Shown: positions 11,148 to 19,888, numbered from the stretch's first letter. The stretch is DNA of 64,000 bases from an uncultured Rhodospirillaceae bacterium (GCA_964611435.1 CAZSXT010000003.1:102100-166099), one strand, 5' to 3'. Program-made: numbers and translations. Notes: a model not told the origin generated them from the letters alone.

Positions 11148-11650
11148 CTAATTATAGTCATCCACGGGCAGGCGAAGCCCAGACCCGTGGATCTATTTTA
11201 AACACAGAGCACACAGAGAGCACAGAGAGGCTATGTTGGTCTCCGTTATCTCCGTGTCCTCTGTGATCTCTGTGGTGAATCATTCACTCCTCTTCTTATA
11301 TGCGTCACCCCCGAGTTGGCGCAGCCAAGTCTCGGGGGACCATGGGTAGCCGTCGCATGGTTCCCCGACAACCGCTTCGCGGGCCTGCCTCCGCCGAAGC
11401 GAAGCTCCGGCTTCGCGCAGGTAGGTTGGGAATGACGCGTCTGGGAAAAGGGACAAAAGCGGGACGTTGGGTGCCAGGCACCAGAAAGTATGGCACCAGA
11501 ATGTATAAACACGAAGGTCACAAAGGACTCGAAGACTATCAAATGTCTCTGCCTCTTCGTGAACTTCGTGCACTTTGTGGTGAATTTATCTGATCACCCT
11601 CCTCCGTGCTGCCGCACGACCCCTCCCATCAAGAGAGGGGTGATCGGTCG
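11148..11650 (+). repeat. mosaic extragenic repeat cluster 1 (modules B-C-D-E, degenerate C copy, G/C-run hairpin)
   Basis: Hairpin modules shared with clusters at 33.8, 35.4, 37.0 and 44.2 kb: B 11151-11190, C 11203-11280, D 11301-11346, E-half 11363-11383, GGTGCCAGGCACC palindrome 11469-11481. Lies between convergent gene ends. Confidence 0.8.
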
Positions 11651-13564
11651 TCACCTCGACCGTCGCCCGGCGAGGTAGCTGGGCGCGAGGCCTATGACCG
11701 CTAGGACAACGCCCATGCCGGTCAGAGTCAGGTTGGGCATGACCATGCCGAACCCGCCAAAGCCGGCCAGCACCCGCTGCCACAGCGCCAACGGCGTCAT
11801 GAAATGGGCCTCAATGGCGGAGGCCAGGGCGATCATACCGATGATGGCGGAGATAGTCGCGGCCAGCACCAGATGCACCGGCCCGTCCATCAGCAATTCC
11901 GGGCCCAGCACAAAGGCGAAGGGCACGATGAACGCCGCCAGGGCGAACTTCACCGCCTGCGCCGCAATGTAGAGCGGATTGTCTTCGGCGATGGAGGCGG
12001 CGGCATACGCCGCCACTGCAACGGGCGGTGTCAGCGCCGACATCACCGCGAAATAGAGAACAAACATATGGGCCGGCAGGACAGGAATCTTAAGCTGGGT
12101 CAATAGCGGCGCCATGAGAGCCGCCGCCAGGATATAGGCGCTGGGCGTCGGCATTCCCATGCCGAGAACAATGGTGATCGCCGCCGCCAAAAGAAGCGTC
12201 GGGATCATCTGCGCATCAGTAATCCCATAGACCACATGGGCAAATTTGCCGGCCAAGCCGGTCATGGTAATGCCACCGATGATCAGCCCCGCTGCCGCAC
12301 AGGCGCCGGCCACCGGCACCATCCGATAACAGGTCTCACTCAGCACCTTCAAGATGGTGATGGGCCCGATGCGGGTTTCCGCTTTCAGGACCGAAACGGC
12401 GAGAATGGCGAGGCAGCCGAATACCGCCACCATGGTTGGCGTGTAGCCCTCCAGCAGCGCAACTGTCAGCACCACCAGCGGCACAAAGAACATGCCGCCA
12501 TCTTTTAGCGTGGATACGAGCCGGGGGATCGCCGACGCGTCCATAGGGCGGAAACCTTGCCGGACCGAACTGAAATGCACCTGAGCAAAGATGGAAACGT
12601 AATAGAGGATCGCCGGGATCAGGGCCGCGATAGCGATATCCCGGTACTCCACCCCGGCGAAGTCCACCATAATGAAGGCGGCGGTGCCTAGAACCGGGGG
12701 CACAATGCTCCCGCCCGTTGACGCTGCGACTTCGATGGCGCCGGCGGTTGCACCGCGATACCCTAACCGTTTCATGATCGGAATGGTGATGGAGCCGGTG
12801 GTTACCACATCAGAGGTCGGGCTGCCCGACACCATGCCGTACATGCCGGAAGAGATGACCGCCACCTTGGCCGGTCCGCCCGGCTGCTTGCCGCTGATGG
12901 CGGCGGCAAAATTAAAGAAAAACTCCCCACCGCCACAGGCATGCAGCAACGTGCCGAACATCACGAACATAAAGGCATAGGTCGCCGCGACGCGGAGCGG
13001 TAGGCCGAAAATGCCATCCGTCGTAAAGACAGTGATCTCGATGAAGTGGGCGTAATCGATCTTTCCGTGTTTGAGCACGCCCGAGAGATTGTCTCCGAAC
13101 AGGTTATACACGACGAAGATGATAACGATGGTGGTCAGACCCAGGCCCGTCGTGCGGCGCGCAATTTCGATGGTCAGCAAAAACACCAACGTGCCGAACA
13201 CCATGTCCCAGGTGGTCAGCTCATCCAGCAGCACAATCCGGTCGACGATTTCCCCGGCATTGATCGCGAAATAGATTCCGACGGCGATGGACAGCGCCGC
13301 GAAGATCAAATCAAGAATGGATGGGTTATCAGGGTCCGAGTCTTCGAACGCGCCGGTGGTCAGGAACGCCAGCGCCATCATGCCGGCAAAGAAAATCACC
13401 GCCAAGGTCCAGGGCGCGATGATCACCACCGTCGCCGCCGAGATGACATAAATGCCGACGGCAATCGCGAAGGGCGTGAATATCCAATAGTACTTGCCGT
13501 CCGGACGGCGGCGCGCCCCCACGGAAAACCAGGTCTTTAAGGAAAGTATTTTGCTGTCCGCCAT
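11651..13564 (-). CDS. TRAP transporter fused permease (TAXI-type, DctQ/DctM-like fusion)
   Basis: 637 aa polytopic membrane protein directly downstream of a TAXI solute receptor gene. Its size and hydrophobicity are typical of fused 4TM/12TM TAXI-TRAP permeases. Confidence 0.9.
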   Translation of the reverse strand: MADSKILSLKTWFSVGARRRPDGKYYWIFTPFAIAVGIYVISAATVVIIAPWTLAVIFFAGMMALAFLTTGAFEDSDPDNPSILDLIFAALSIAVGIYFAINAGEIVDRIVLLDELTTWDMVFGTLVFLLTIEIARRTTGLGLTTIVIIFVVYNLFGDNLSGVLKHGKIDYAHFIEITVFTTDGIFGLPLRVAATYAFMFVMFGTLLHACGGGEFFFNFAAAISGKQPGGPAKVAVISSGMYGMVSGSPTSDVVTTGSITIPIMKRLGYRGATAGAIEVAASTGGSIVPPVLGTAAFIMVDFAGVEYRDIAIAALIPAILYYVSIFAQVHFSSVRQGFRPMDASAIPRLVSTLKDGGMFFVPLVVLTVALLEGYTPTMVAVFGCLAILAVSVLKAETRIGPITILKVLSETCYRMVPVAGACAAAGLIIGGITMTGLAGKFAHVVYGITDAQMIPTLLLAAAITIVLGMGMPTPSAYILAAALMAPLLTQLKIPVLPAHMFVLYFAVMSALTPPVAVAAYAAASIAEDNPLYIAAQAVKFALAAFIVPFAFVLGPELLMDGPVHLVLAATISAIIGMIALASAIEAHFMTPLALWQRVLAGFGGFGMVMPNLTLTGMGVVLAVIGLAPSYLAGRRSR

Positions 13565-13581
13565 CGCCGGCTCTTACGAGG

Positions 13582-13613
13582 CAAAAAGGGAGTGCAGGTT
13601 GCCCCGCACTCCC
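13582..13613 (-). terminator. intercistronic intrinsic terminator/attenuator between the TAXI receptor and permease genes
   Basis: On the minus strand: GGGAGTGC-10 nt loop-GCACTCCC followed by TTTTTG. Perfect 8-bp stem. Confidence 0.6.
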
Positions 13614-13640
13614 AATTTATTCGCTCCGGAAGGTGATCGC

Positions 13641-14639
13641 TTACATGATCCCTTTTTCTTTGAAGTATTTGGCGGCGCCCGGGTGATGCGCAGCAACACC
13701 GGGGGTGGCCAGAACCTTCACCGTCGCCGTTTTCTTGATCAGACGGTGAGATTTGTTCTTGAACTCTTCGATTTGCTCGACCATCGCCTTGGTGATGGTG
13801 TAGGCGAGCTTCTCGTCCATGTTGGCGTTGACGACGATAACCGCGCCGATGCAAACACCGTTAACGGCGGCCGGAGACCATTTGTATTCGCCGGCCTTGA
13901 CGCCGCAGGCCGCGCCGCCGAACTGTTTGGCGACATTGTTCGCGACACCGATCGGAATATCGACCAATACCGGGCTTACCCCCTTGGCAATTTCGCGAAT
14001 TCGCGGGTGGTTGTAGGCGATGCCGAAGTTCACCACGTCAATCCGGCGATCCAGCGCCAGGGAGACCAGTTCCTTGGATGCGGCGTGAACGACTTGGCCG
14101 CCCCAGCTTTCGATGGCCGATTTAGTGGCGCCCATCTGTGACATAACAGCTTCACTGACGTTGCTGTCCATGTTGCCGCGGCGGTTGATACCCACACGCA
14201 TGGGGATCTTCTTGTTCACGATGTCGGCGAAGCTCTTGATACCGTGTTTCTCCGCAAAGGACTTCGCGACGAGGATATGAGTCATTTGGAAGCGGGATTC
14301 CGGCGTGTACACCCGGAACAAGGTACGGACGTTGGTGATGCCCTTCTTGAAGGGCGCGGTGCCATTGACGGCGGCGCTCAGCTCGCCATCGGTGGCCAGA
14401 CCCATCGGCACTTTGCCGCGGGACACCAACGGCACATTGGCCAGACCGCCGGAAGAGGTTTGATAGGTCACCGTGGAGCCGGGATGGGCCTTGGCGATGG
14501 CGGCGTCAATGCCGCCGCCGATGCGGGACCACAGTCCCCCGGGGCTCGCGCCGGACAGGGTCAGATTATATTTCTGGGCGTCGGCCGGCAGCGCCGCAAG
14601 GGTCGCCAGGGCCAGGGTCGCAACAAAGAGCTTTTTCAT
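13641..14639 (-). CDS. TAXI family TRAP transporter solute-binding subunit
   Basis: 332 aa. Signal peptide MKKLFVATLALATLAALPADA, then ...LSGASPGGLWSRIGGGIDAAIAKAHPGSTVTYQTSSGGLANV..., typical of TAXI receptors. Confidence 0.9.
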   Translation of the reverse strand: MKKLFVATLALATLAALPADAQKYNLTLSGASPGGLWSRIGGGIDAAIAKAHPGSTVTYQTSSGGLANVPLVSRGKVPMGLATDGELSAAVNGTAPFKKGITNVRTLFRVYTPESRFQMTHILVAKSFAEKHGIKSFADIVNKKIPMRVGINRRGNMDSNVSEAVMSQMGATKSAIESWGGQVVHAASKELVSLALDRRIDVVNFGIAYNHPRIREIAKGVSPVLVDIPIGVANNVAKQFGGAACGVKAGEYKWSPAAVNGVCIGAVIVVNANMDEKLAYTITKAMVEQIEEFKNKSHRLIKKTATVKVLATPGVAAHHPGAAKYFKEKGIM

Positions 14640-14725
14640 GAATTCCTCTCATTAGCTCAACGCATTATGTTGCCCGGATGTTAGTTGAGCGGGCGTCATA
14701 AAGCAAATAAGTAAGCGCTCTAACG

Positions 14726-15211
14726 CTAAGGTTTATTGCCGTTGCGGCTGTCTTTCAGATTGTTCCGCACCTTGTTGATTAGTGTCTTGAATTGCCGCGC
14801 CTCCACACCTTTTAATCCGCGCCCGGCGATCTCGTTCACCTCCAGCGCATAGGGGATCAGTTTGGCCTCCAAAGCCCGGCCCTTGGGCGTTAGATAGACC
14901 TTGTACGCACGGCGGTCCGTGGTGCTGCGCTTGCGCCGCACAATGCTTTGCTTTTCCATGCGCAGCAACGCGCTTTGGGTGGTGGGTTCCGTGGTATTGA
15001 CCCGGTCGCTGAGCTCCCGCTGGCTCAGACCCTCCTCCTGCCACAAGACCCGTAGCAAAAACCATTGAGCGGTGGAGATGCCGTGTTCCTGCAGGCGTGA
15101 CCGTAGCTCTTTCTGCAGCAGCATCATTGTATCCCGGATCAAAAAACCGATGCTCTGCGACGGCGGCAGCGGCGATTTTTGATCCTTTGAGCCTTTGGCG
15201 GCGCGGGGCAT
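14726..15211 (-). CDS. MarR family transcriptional regulator
   Basis: 161 aa. ...HGISTAQWFLLRVLWQEEGLSQRELSDRVNTTEPTTQSALLRMEKQSIVRRKRSTTDRRAYKVYLTPKG... Confidence 0.85.
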   Translation of the reverse strand: MPRAAKGSKDQKSPLPPSQSIGFLIRDTMMLLQKELRSRLQEHGISTAQWFLLRVLWQEEGLSQRELSDRVNTTEPTTQSALLRMEKQSIVRRKRSTTDRRAYKVYLTPKGRALEAKLIPYALEVNEIAGRGLKGVEARQFKTLINKVRNNLKDSRNGNKP

Positions 15212-15234
15212 CGGTAGCTCCCTTCCCTCCCGAG

Positions 15235-15257
15235 AAACTAAGAAGTCTAACTTATTT
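15235..15257. promoter_or_regulatory. operator-like site AACTAAGAAGTCTAACTTATTT (degenerate TTAGA-N2-TCTAA family)
   Basis: Seen in the divergent region between MarR (14726-15211) and apbC. One half-site matches TCTAA and the other is AAGA. Confidence 0.3.
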
Positions 15258-15393
15258 CAGGGACGTTCCGCTTGCCACCATAAAATATAACAATGGTGCG
15301 CACCGTTCTCCACGCATTCAAGAATCTGCTGGATTAATCGTTGGGCCACACTATTAATGGCCCCCGTTTCATAGACCAGGAAGATGATCAAAA

Positions 15394-16503
15394 ATGGCTG
15401 TCAATGAAGATCAAATCCGCGACGTTCTCTCCACCCTTATCCCCGAAGGCGACGACCAGGACATCGTCTCCGCCGGCCTTGTGTCCGGCATTGCCCAACG
15501 GGACGGCATGATCCAGGTGTCGATCGAGACCACGCCGGACCGGGTGCCGGAAATGGAACAAGTGCGCCAGGCCGCCGAACAGGCGCTCAAAGGTCTGGAA
15601 GGCGTGAAAAACGCGACCGCCGTCCTGACCGCCGAGAAGCCGCAAGCCCAAGCCCAACCTCAGCCCCAGCCGCAACAGCCGCCCCAACAACCTGGCCCGC
15701 AAGGGGTGCCGGGCGTCGGGGCGTTGATCGCCGTGGCCTCCGGCAAGGGCGGCGTCGGCAAATCGACCACCGCTGTCAATCTGGCGCTGGCGCTCTCCGC
15801 CATGGATAAGACCGTCGGCATTCTGGACGCGGACATTTATGGCCCCTCCATCCCGCGGATGATGGGGGTGACCGAACAGCCGGTGCAGACCCAGAACAAC
15901 ACCCTGCTACCGCCCTCCAGCTATGGCATTAAATGCATGTCCATGGGCATGCTGGTGGACGAGGAAGAGCCGGTGATCTGGCGTGGGCCCATGGTTATGG
16001 GCGCCCTACAGCAGATGCTGACCGAAGTGGAATGGGGGCCACTGGATATTCTGGTGATCGACATGCCGCCGGGCACAGGCGATGCGCAGTTGACCCTGGC
16101 GCAGCAGACCAAGCTCACCGGCGCGGTGATCGTCTCCACGCCGCAGGACATCGCGCTCCTGGACGCTCGTAAGGGCCTCAACATGTTCCGCAAGGTGAAC
16201 GTGCCGATCCTGGGCATTGTCGAGAACATGAGCTATTTCGTCTGCCCCAACTGCGGTGAGGAATCACATATCTTTGCCCATGGCGGGGCGCAGGCGACGG
16301 CGGAGAAATACGACGTGCCGTTCCTGGGCGCGGTGCCGCTGGAAATGGAAATCCGGGAAACCTCGGACGAGGGCCGGCCCATCGTCGCCAGCAACCCCGA
16401 AAGCCCCCACGCCCAGGCCTATAAGCCCATCGCCGAGAAGGTCCTGGCCGGCATCGACGCCGCCGCCGGAGCCCAAGCCGGCCCCAATATCAGCTTTGAG
16501 TAG
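15394..16503 (+). CDS. apbC: Mrp/NBP35 family iron-sulfur cluster carrier ATPase (ApbC)
   Basis: N-terminal MIP18-like domain, deviant Walker A SGKGGVGKST, CPNCG (CxxC) cluster-binding motif, and a Q/P-rich linker (AQAQPQPQPQQPPQQPG). Confidence 0.9.
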   Translation: MAVNEDQIRDVLSTLIPEGDDQDIVSAGLVSGIAQRDGMIQVSIETTPDRVPEMEQVRQAAEQALKGLEGVKNATAVLTAEKPQAQAQPQPQPQQPPQQPGPQGVPGVGALIAVASGKGGVGKSTTAVNLALALSAMDKTVGILDADIYGPSIPRMMGVTEQPVQTQNNTLLPPSSYGIKCMSMGMLVDEEEPVIWRGPMVMGALQQMLTEVEWGPLDILVIDMPPGTGDAQLTLAQQTKLTGAVIVSTPQDIALLDARKGLNMFRKVNVPILGIVENMSYFVCPNCGEESHIFAHGGAQATAEKYDVPFLGAVPLEMEIRETSDEGRPIVASNPESPHAQAYKPIAEKVLAGIDAAAGAQAGPNISFE

Positions 16504-16523
16504 GGTTAAACCTTAAACGCCGC

Positions 16524-17519
16524 CTAAACCTTAAACGCCGATAGCGTTTCCTTGGCGAACAGGTCTTCCGGCGTCATTTTGCGCCGGGTCACCCCTTGCT
16601 CGTCGCAGTATTGCAGGAACGTCTCCAGGGTCGGGCGGTTGTTCTCGATCCCGTAGGGCCAATAGTCGCCGTGAGGGAAGAACTCCTGGCTCATCTTCTC
16701 GAACGAGTCCGGCATCCACGGAAACGGGATGCGGGACACGTTAATATCCGACAGGCGCTCCACCATCTTCGCCTTGGCTTCTTCGAAGGCGGTCAGCAGG
16801 TTCATGGCGATCCACGGGTTCTTCTCATACACGTCGCGTTTGATGGCGACCGTGTGCATGATCGGGTAGACCCCGGTGCGGCGGAAATATTCGAGCTCCA
16901 CCTCCGGATAATTGGGCATGAGGCGCTGCATCTTGCCGTCATTGGCCAGGAAGGCATCCGGCGGGCGGGCGGAGATCACCGCGTCCAACTCGCCGGCCAG
17001 CAGAAGATCGGCCAGAGACCGGTCCTGCACCTCTGAATACTTGATTCCATCGGGCAGCTTCGCCTTGCCCATTTCCTTGCGGCCCGGTTCGTTCACGCCG
17101 CCCTGCACCCACTCGACGCTGTCGAGCGGCGCACCGCCTTCATGGTGCAGCCAGCCCCGCGCATAGACGGTGGCGGTCTGGGTCCATTCCGGCACACCGA
17201 TGCGCCCGCCCTTCAGATCGGCCGCGGTTTTGATCTTGCCGTCGGTGCGGATGTAAAAGGCCGAATGCCGGAACATCCGCGATACGAACACCGGGATGCC
17301 GACGATCGGGGAATCTTCCAGAGACCGAAGCGAGCAGAACTTCGCGAAGGAAAGTTCCGACACCTCCCACTCATAGGCGTTGGCGAAGCGAAAGAAGGTC
17401 TCCTCCACCTGGAAATTCAGAAACGTCAGGTCGATGCCCTTGGGCTTCACCCGGCCGAACATCATGTCCCGGACATGGTCGTAATCTTCGATGGCGAGGG
17501 TCAGAGATAGATTGCTCAC
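16524..17519 (-). CDS. 4,5-dihydroxyphthalate decarboxylase-like protein (periplasmic-binding-protein fold, NMT1-like)
   Basis: 331 aa. N-terminus LTLAIEDYDHVRDMMFGRVKPKGIDLTF... and its length resemble Pht5/PhtD-type decarboxylases. A paralog lies at 39135-40124. From memory of the family; no search was run. Confidence 0.6.
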   Translation of the reverse strand: MSNLSLTLAIEDYDHVRDMMFGRVKPKGIDLTFLNFQVEETFFRFANAYEWEVSELSFAKFCSLRSLEDSPIVGIPVFVSRMFRHSAFYIRTDGKIKTAADLKGGRIGVPEWTQTATVYARGWLHHEGGAPLDSVEWVQGGVNEPGRKEMGKAKLPDGIKYSEVQDRSLADLLLAGELDAVISARPPDAFLANDGKMQRLMPNYPEVELEYFRRTGVYPIMHTVAIKRDVYEKNPWIAMNLLTAFEEAKAKMVERLSDINVSRIPFPWMPDSFEKMSQEFFPHGDYWPYGIENNRPTLETFLQYCDEQGVTRRKMTPEDLFAKETLSAFKV

Positions 17520-17540
17520 AATAGGCTCCCTATAGATTTT

Positions 17541-18530
17541 TTAGTTTGCGTGGCCCGTTAGACGTTTGACTGCTTCGATCATGGCGTCCGGCGTGGCCTT
17601 GCCTTGCCCGGCGATATCCAGCGCGCTGCCATGGGCCACGGATGAAAACAGGATCGGCGTGCCGATGGACATGCCCGCCGTCGAATGGCGGGCCAGCAGC
17701 TTTGCCGGAATATGACCCTGGTCATGCAGCATGACGATGAACGCGTCATAGCCCTCCATGTGCAAGATCAAATCCGCCGCGCCCGGCCCCTCCACATCAA
17801 TGCCGTCGGCCTGCTTGGCCTTGATGGCGGGCTCAATGATCTCGGCTTCTTCGGAGCCGAAAAGCCCGCCTTCGCTGGCGTGGGGGTTGAGTCCCGCTAC
17901 CATGATCTTGGGCTTCGCAATGCCGATTCGCACCAGTGTGTCGTGGACCGAGCCGATGACATGCTTCACTCGGTCTTCGGTGATCAGGTCCAAAGATTGC
18001 CGGACGCTGGAATGCAGTGTGCAGTGGGCGATCCGGTATTTGTCGAAGCAGACCATCAGAAACCCGTCTTCCGGGGCCAGACCGGTCTGGCGCGCAACAA
18101 AAGACGGATAGCCGTCGAACTCGATCCCCGCCATATGAACGGCGGTCTCCGTCTGCGGGGCGGAGACCACGGCATCGACATCATGGTCGAGCGCGGCACG
18201 GATCGCGGCGGCGGCGCAGTCCACGGCCGCCTTGCCGTTGTCGCCATTGATCTCGCCGATTTTCAGATCCTTGTTGCCGAACAGATCGAGGGATATCTGC
18301 TTGACGCCGGGCTTGTCCCAGTCAACGTCATCGACTGTGTCATAGGCGTCCAGTTCGATCTCGATCCCGCAGGAGGATGCGTGCGCCGCCAGCACCTTTG
18401 GATCACCGAAGATCAGTGGCCGGCTGATCCCGGTGACCGCGTCGGACAGCGCGGCTTTCATGCAAAGTTCGGGGCCGATGCCGGCGGGATCGCCGCAGGC
18501 CAGCGCCACGATAGGCAGATTGGCGGACAC
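17541..18530 (-). CDS. PdxA family NAD-dependent dehydrogenase (possibly a TphB-like dicarboxylate cis-diol dehydrogenase)
   Basis: 329 aa. IVALACGDPAGIGPEL..., ...GLNPHASEGGLFG..., ...MLHDQGHIP..., ...SVAHGSALDIAGQG... are PdxA family signatures. The context (Rieske oxygenase upstream) argues against a true pdxA. Confidence 0.8.
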   Translation of the reverse strand: MSANLPIVALACGDPAGIGPELCMKAALSDAVTGISRPLIFGDPKVLAAHASSCGIEIELDAYDTVDDVDWDKPGVKQISLDLFGNKDLKIGEINGDNGKAAVDCAAAAIRAALDHDVDAVVSAPQTETAVHMAGIEFDGYPSFVARQTGLAPEDGFLMVCFDKYRIAHCTLHSSVRQSLDLITEDRVKHVIGSVHDTLVRIGIAKPKIMVAGLNPHASEGGLFGSEEAEIIEPAIKAKQADGIDVEGPGAADLILHMEGYDAFIVMLHDQGHIPAKLLARHSTAGMSIGTPILFSSVAHGSALDIAGQGKATPDAMIEAVKRLTGHAN

Positions 18531-18553
18531 GCGCGCTCGTCCCGGACCGGGGC

Positions 18554-19837
18554 CTAGACCGTCGCCGGATCGGTGCCGAGCTCGGCGAACAGGCCGTCCC
18601 GGGCGCCGATGGAGAAGTCCACATCCCGGTCCAATTCGACCGCGGCGGAGCGGACCCGCTGGTGCGCCGGATCAAGACCCATGATCTCGCCGCCTTCTTC
18701 GTTGGCTTTGGCGGCCTTGATCAGATACTGCCGAGTCATGGTGACGCCGTTGTCGGTACCGCAGAGATGCTCCTTGGTGCGGTCCTGGATCGGGCCCATG
18801 CTTTCCTGCAGAGAGGCATCCTGCATGCCGATACCTTCGATGCCGCTGTAGTGGATGCCCATCCGCTGCGCGTTCCGGTCCATAAGGTAATCATTGTCCT
18901 TGTTAGCCAGCGGGCGGAAAGTGCCGGGAATATTTTTCACATGGATCCCCTTGCCATCGATCATCGCTTCTCGCTCTTTGCCGGTCAGCGCACGGTTCGG
19001 ATGGTAGTTGAAGCTCCAGGCCCAGCAATTGTGATCATCAATCGGCACCCAGGCATGACCGCCGATCGGATGGCCGGCGCGTGGTGCGATCAAGGTATGG
19101 AACGGCATGATCCAGGGCGTGATCCGCCAATAGTATTTGTCATTGTCCGCGTTTCGCCGAGCGCCGATCAACAGCCCGCCTTCGAACGGCTTCACGTCGA
19201 ACACCGGCATCAGGTCTTCTTCGTTGTAGCGGTTGGCCTTGCTGCCTTTGAACAAAGGATCAGTATTAAGCTGGCCCCCATGCAGCCAGGTCACGTGGCT
19301 CGAATCGATGCCGCCTTCCAGTGCCTGCAGATAGTTGCATTCCTGCAACCGCTTGGAGACATAGAGCTGATCCGGCGCCACATTGGTCCATTCAAAGTTC
19401 GGGTCGGCGGGTTTCTTTTCCGGCGGTCCCATATAGGCCCAGACCACGCCCCCTTTTTCGATGCACGGATAGGATTTCAGGCTCACCCGTTCCATGGCCT
19501 TCGGGTTGTTGCCTTCTGACGGCAGTTCGATGCACTTGCCGTTGATATCAAATTTCCAGCCATGATAGGGGCAGCGTAGGCCGCATTCTTCGTTGCGGCC
19601 GAACCATAGAGACACGCCCCGGTGGGCGCAGTATTCGTCGATCAGTCCCACCCGCCCTTCAGTATCGCGGAACACAACCAGCTCTTCCCCCAGCAATTTG
19701 ACCCGCACCGGATCGCTGTCCGGCCTTTCGATTTCGCTCGATAGCAAAAAAGGCAGCCAAAAACGCCGCATCATTTCGCCCATGGGCGTACCGGCGTCGG
19801 TCTGACAGAGATAATCGTTTTGTTCCTGCGTGATCAT
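18554..19837 (-). CDS. Rieske [2Fe-2S] aromatic ring-hydroxylating oxygenase, phthalate-dioxygenase family (alpha-only type)
   Basis: 427 aa. Rieske motif CAHRGVSLWFGRNEECGLRCPYHGWKF and an N-terminal NDYLCQTDAGTPMGEMMRRFWLP typical of class IA oxygenases. Confidence 0.85.
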   Translation of the reverse strand: MITQEQNDYLCQTDAGTPMGEMMRRFWLPFLLSSEIERPDSDPVRVKLLGEELVVFRDTEGRVGLIDEYCAHRGVSLWFGRNEECGLRCPYHGWKFDINGKCIELPSEGNNPKAMERVSLKSYPCIEKGGVVWAYMGPPEKKPADPNFEWTNVAPDQLYVSKRLQECNYLQALEGGIDSSHVTWLHGGQLNTDPLFKGSKANRYNEEDLMPVFDVKPFEGGLLIGARRNADNDKYYWRITPWIMPFHTLIAPRAGHPIGGHAWVPIDDHNCWAWSFNYHPNRALTGKEREAMIDGKGIHVKNIPGTFRPLANKDNDYLMDRNAQRMGIHYSGIEGIGMQDASLQESMGPIQDRTKEHLCGTDNGVTMTRQYLIKAAKANEEGGEIMGLDPAHQRVRSAAVELDRDVDFSIGARDGLFAELGTDPATV

Positions 19838-19871
19838 GTCCCTAACTCCAATTCTTGGTTCCTATTAAAAC

Positions 19872-19888
19872 GGCTTAGAGTCTAAGCC
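19872..19888. promoter_or_regulatory. perfect 17-bp palindrome GGCTTAGA-G-TCTAAGCC
   Basis: Seen in sequence. It overlaps the stop codon of the EutA-like gene and lies 35 bp upstream of the Rieske gene start. TTAGA/TCTAA half-sites with a 1-nt spacer. Confidence 0.45.

Noticed and set aside
11203-11280. CACAGAG-type short repeats considered as a CRISPR array or microsatellite
   Set aside because: The units are imperfect arms of one inverted repeat. There are no regularly spaced direct repeats with unique spacers, and no cas genes are present.
11246-11593. Several 60-100-aa ORFs on both strands in repeat cluster 1, and similar ones at 33852-34365
   Set aside because: They are made entirely of the hairpin repeat modules. 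The same modules occur in different frames and orientations elsewhere, so they are not coding.
14655-14690. GCTCAAC...GTTGAGC inverted repeat between the MarR 3' end and the TAXI receptor start
   Set aside because: It has only a 7-bp stem with a 22-nt loop and no U-tract. That is too weak to call as a terminator or an operator.
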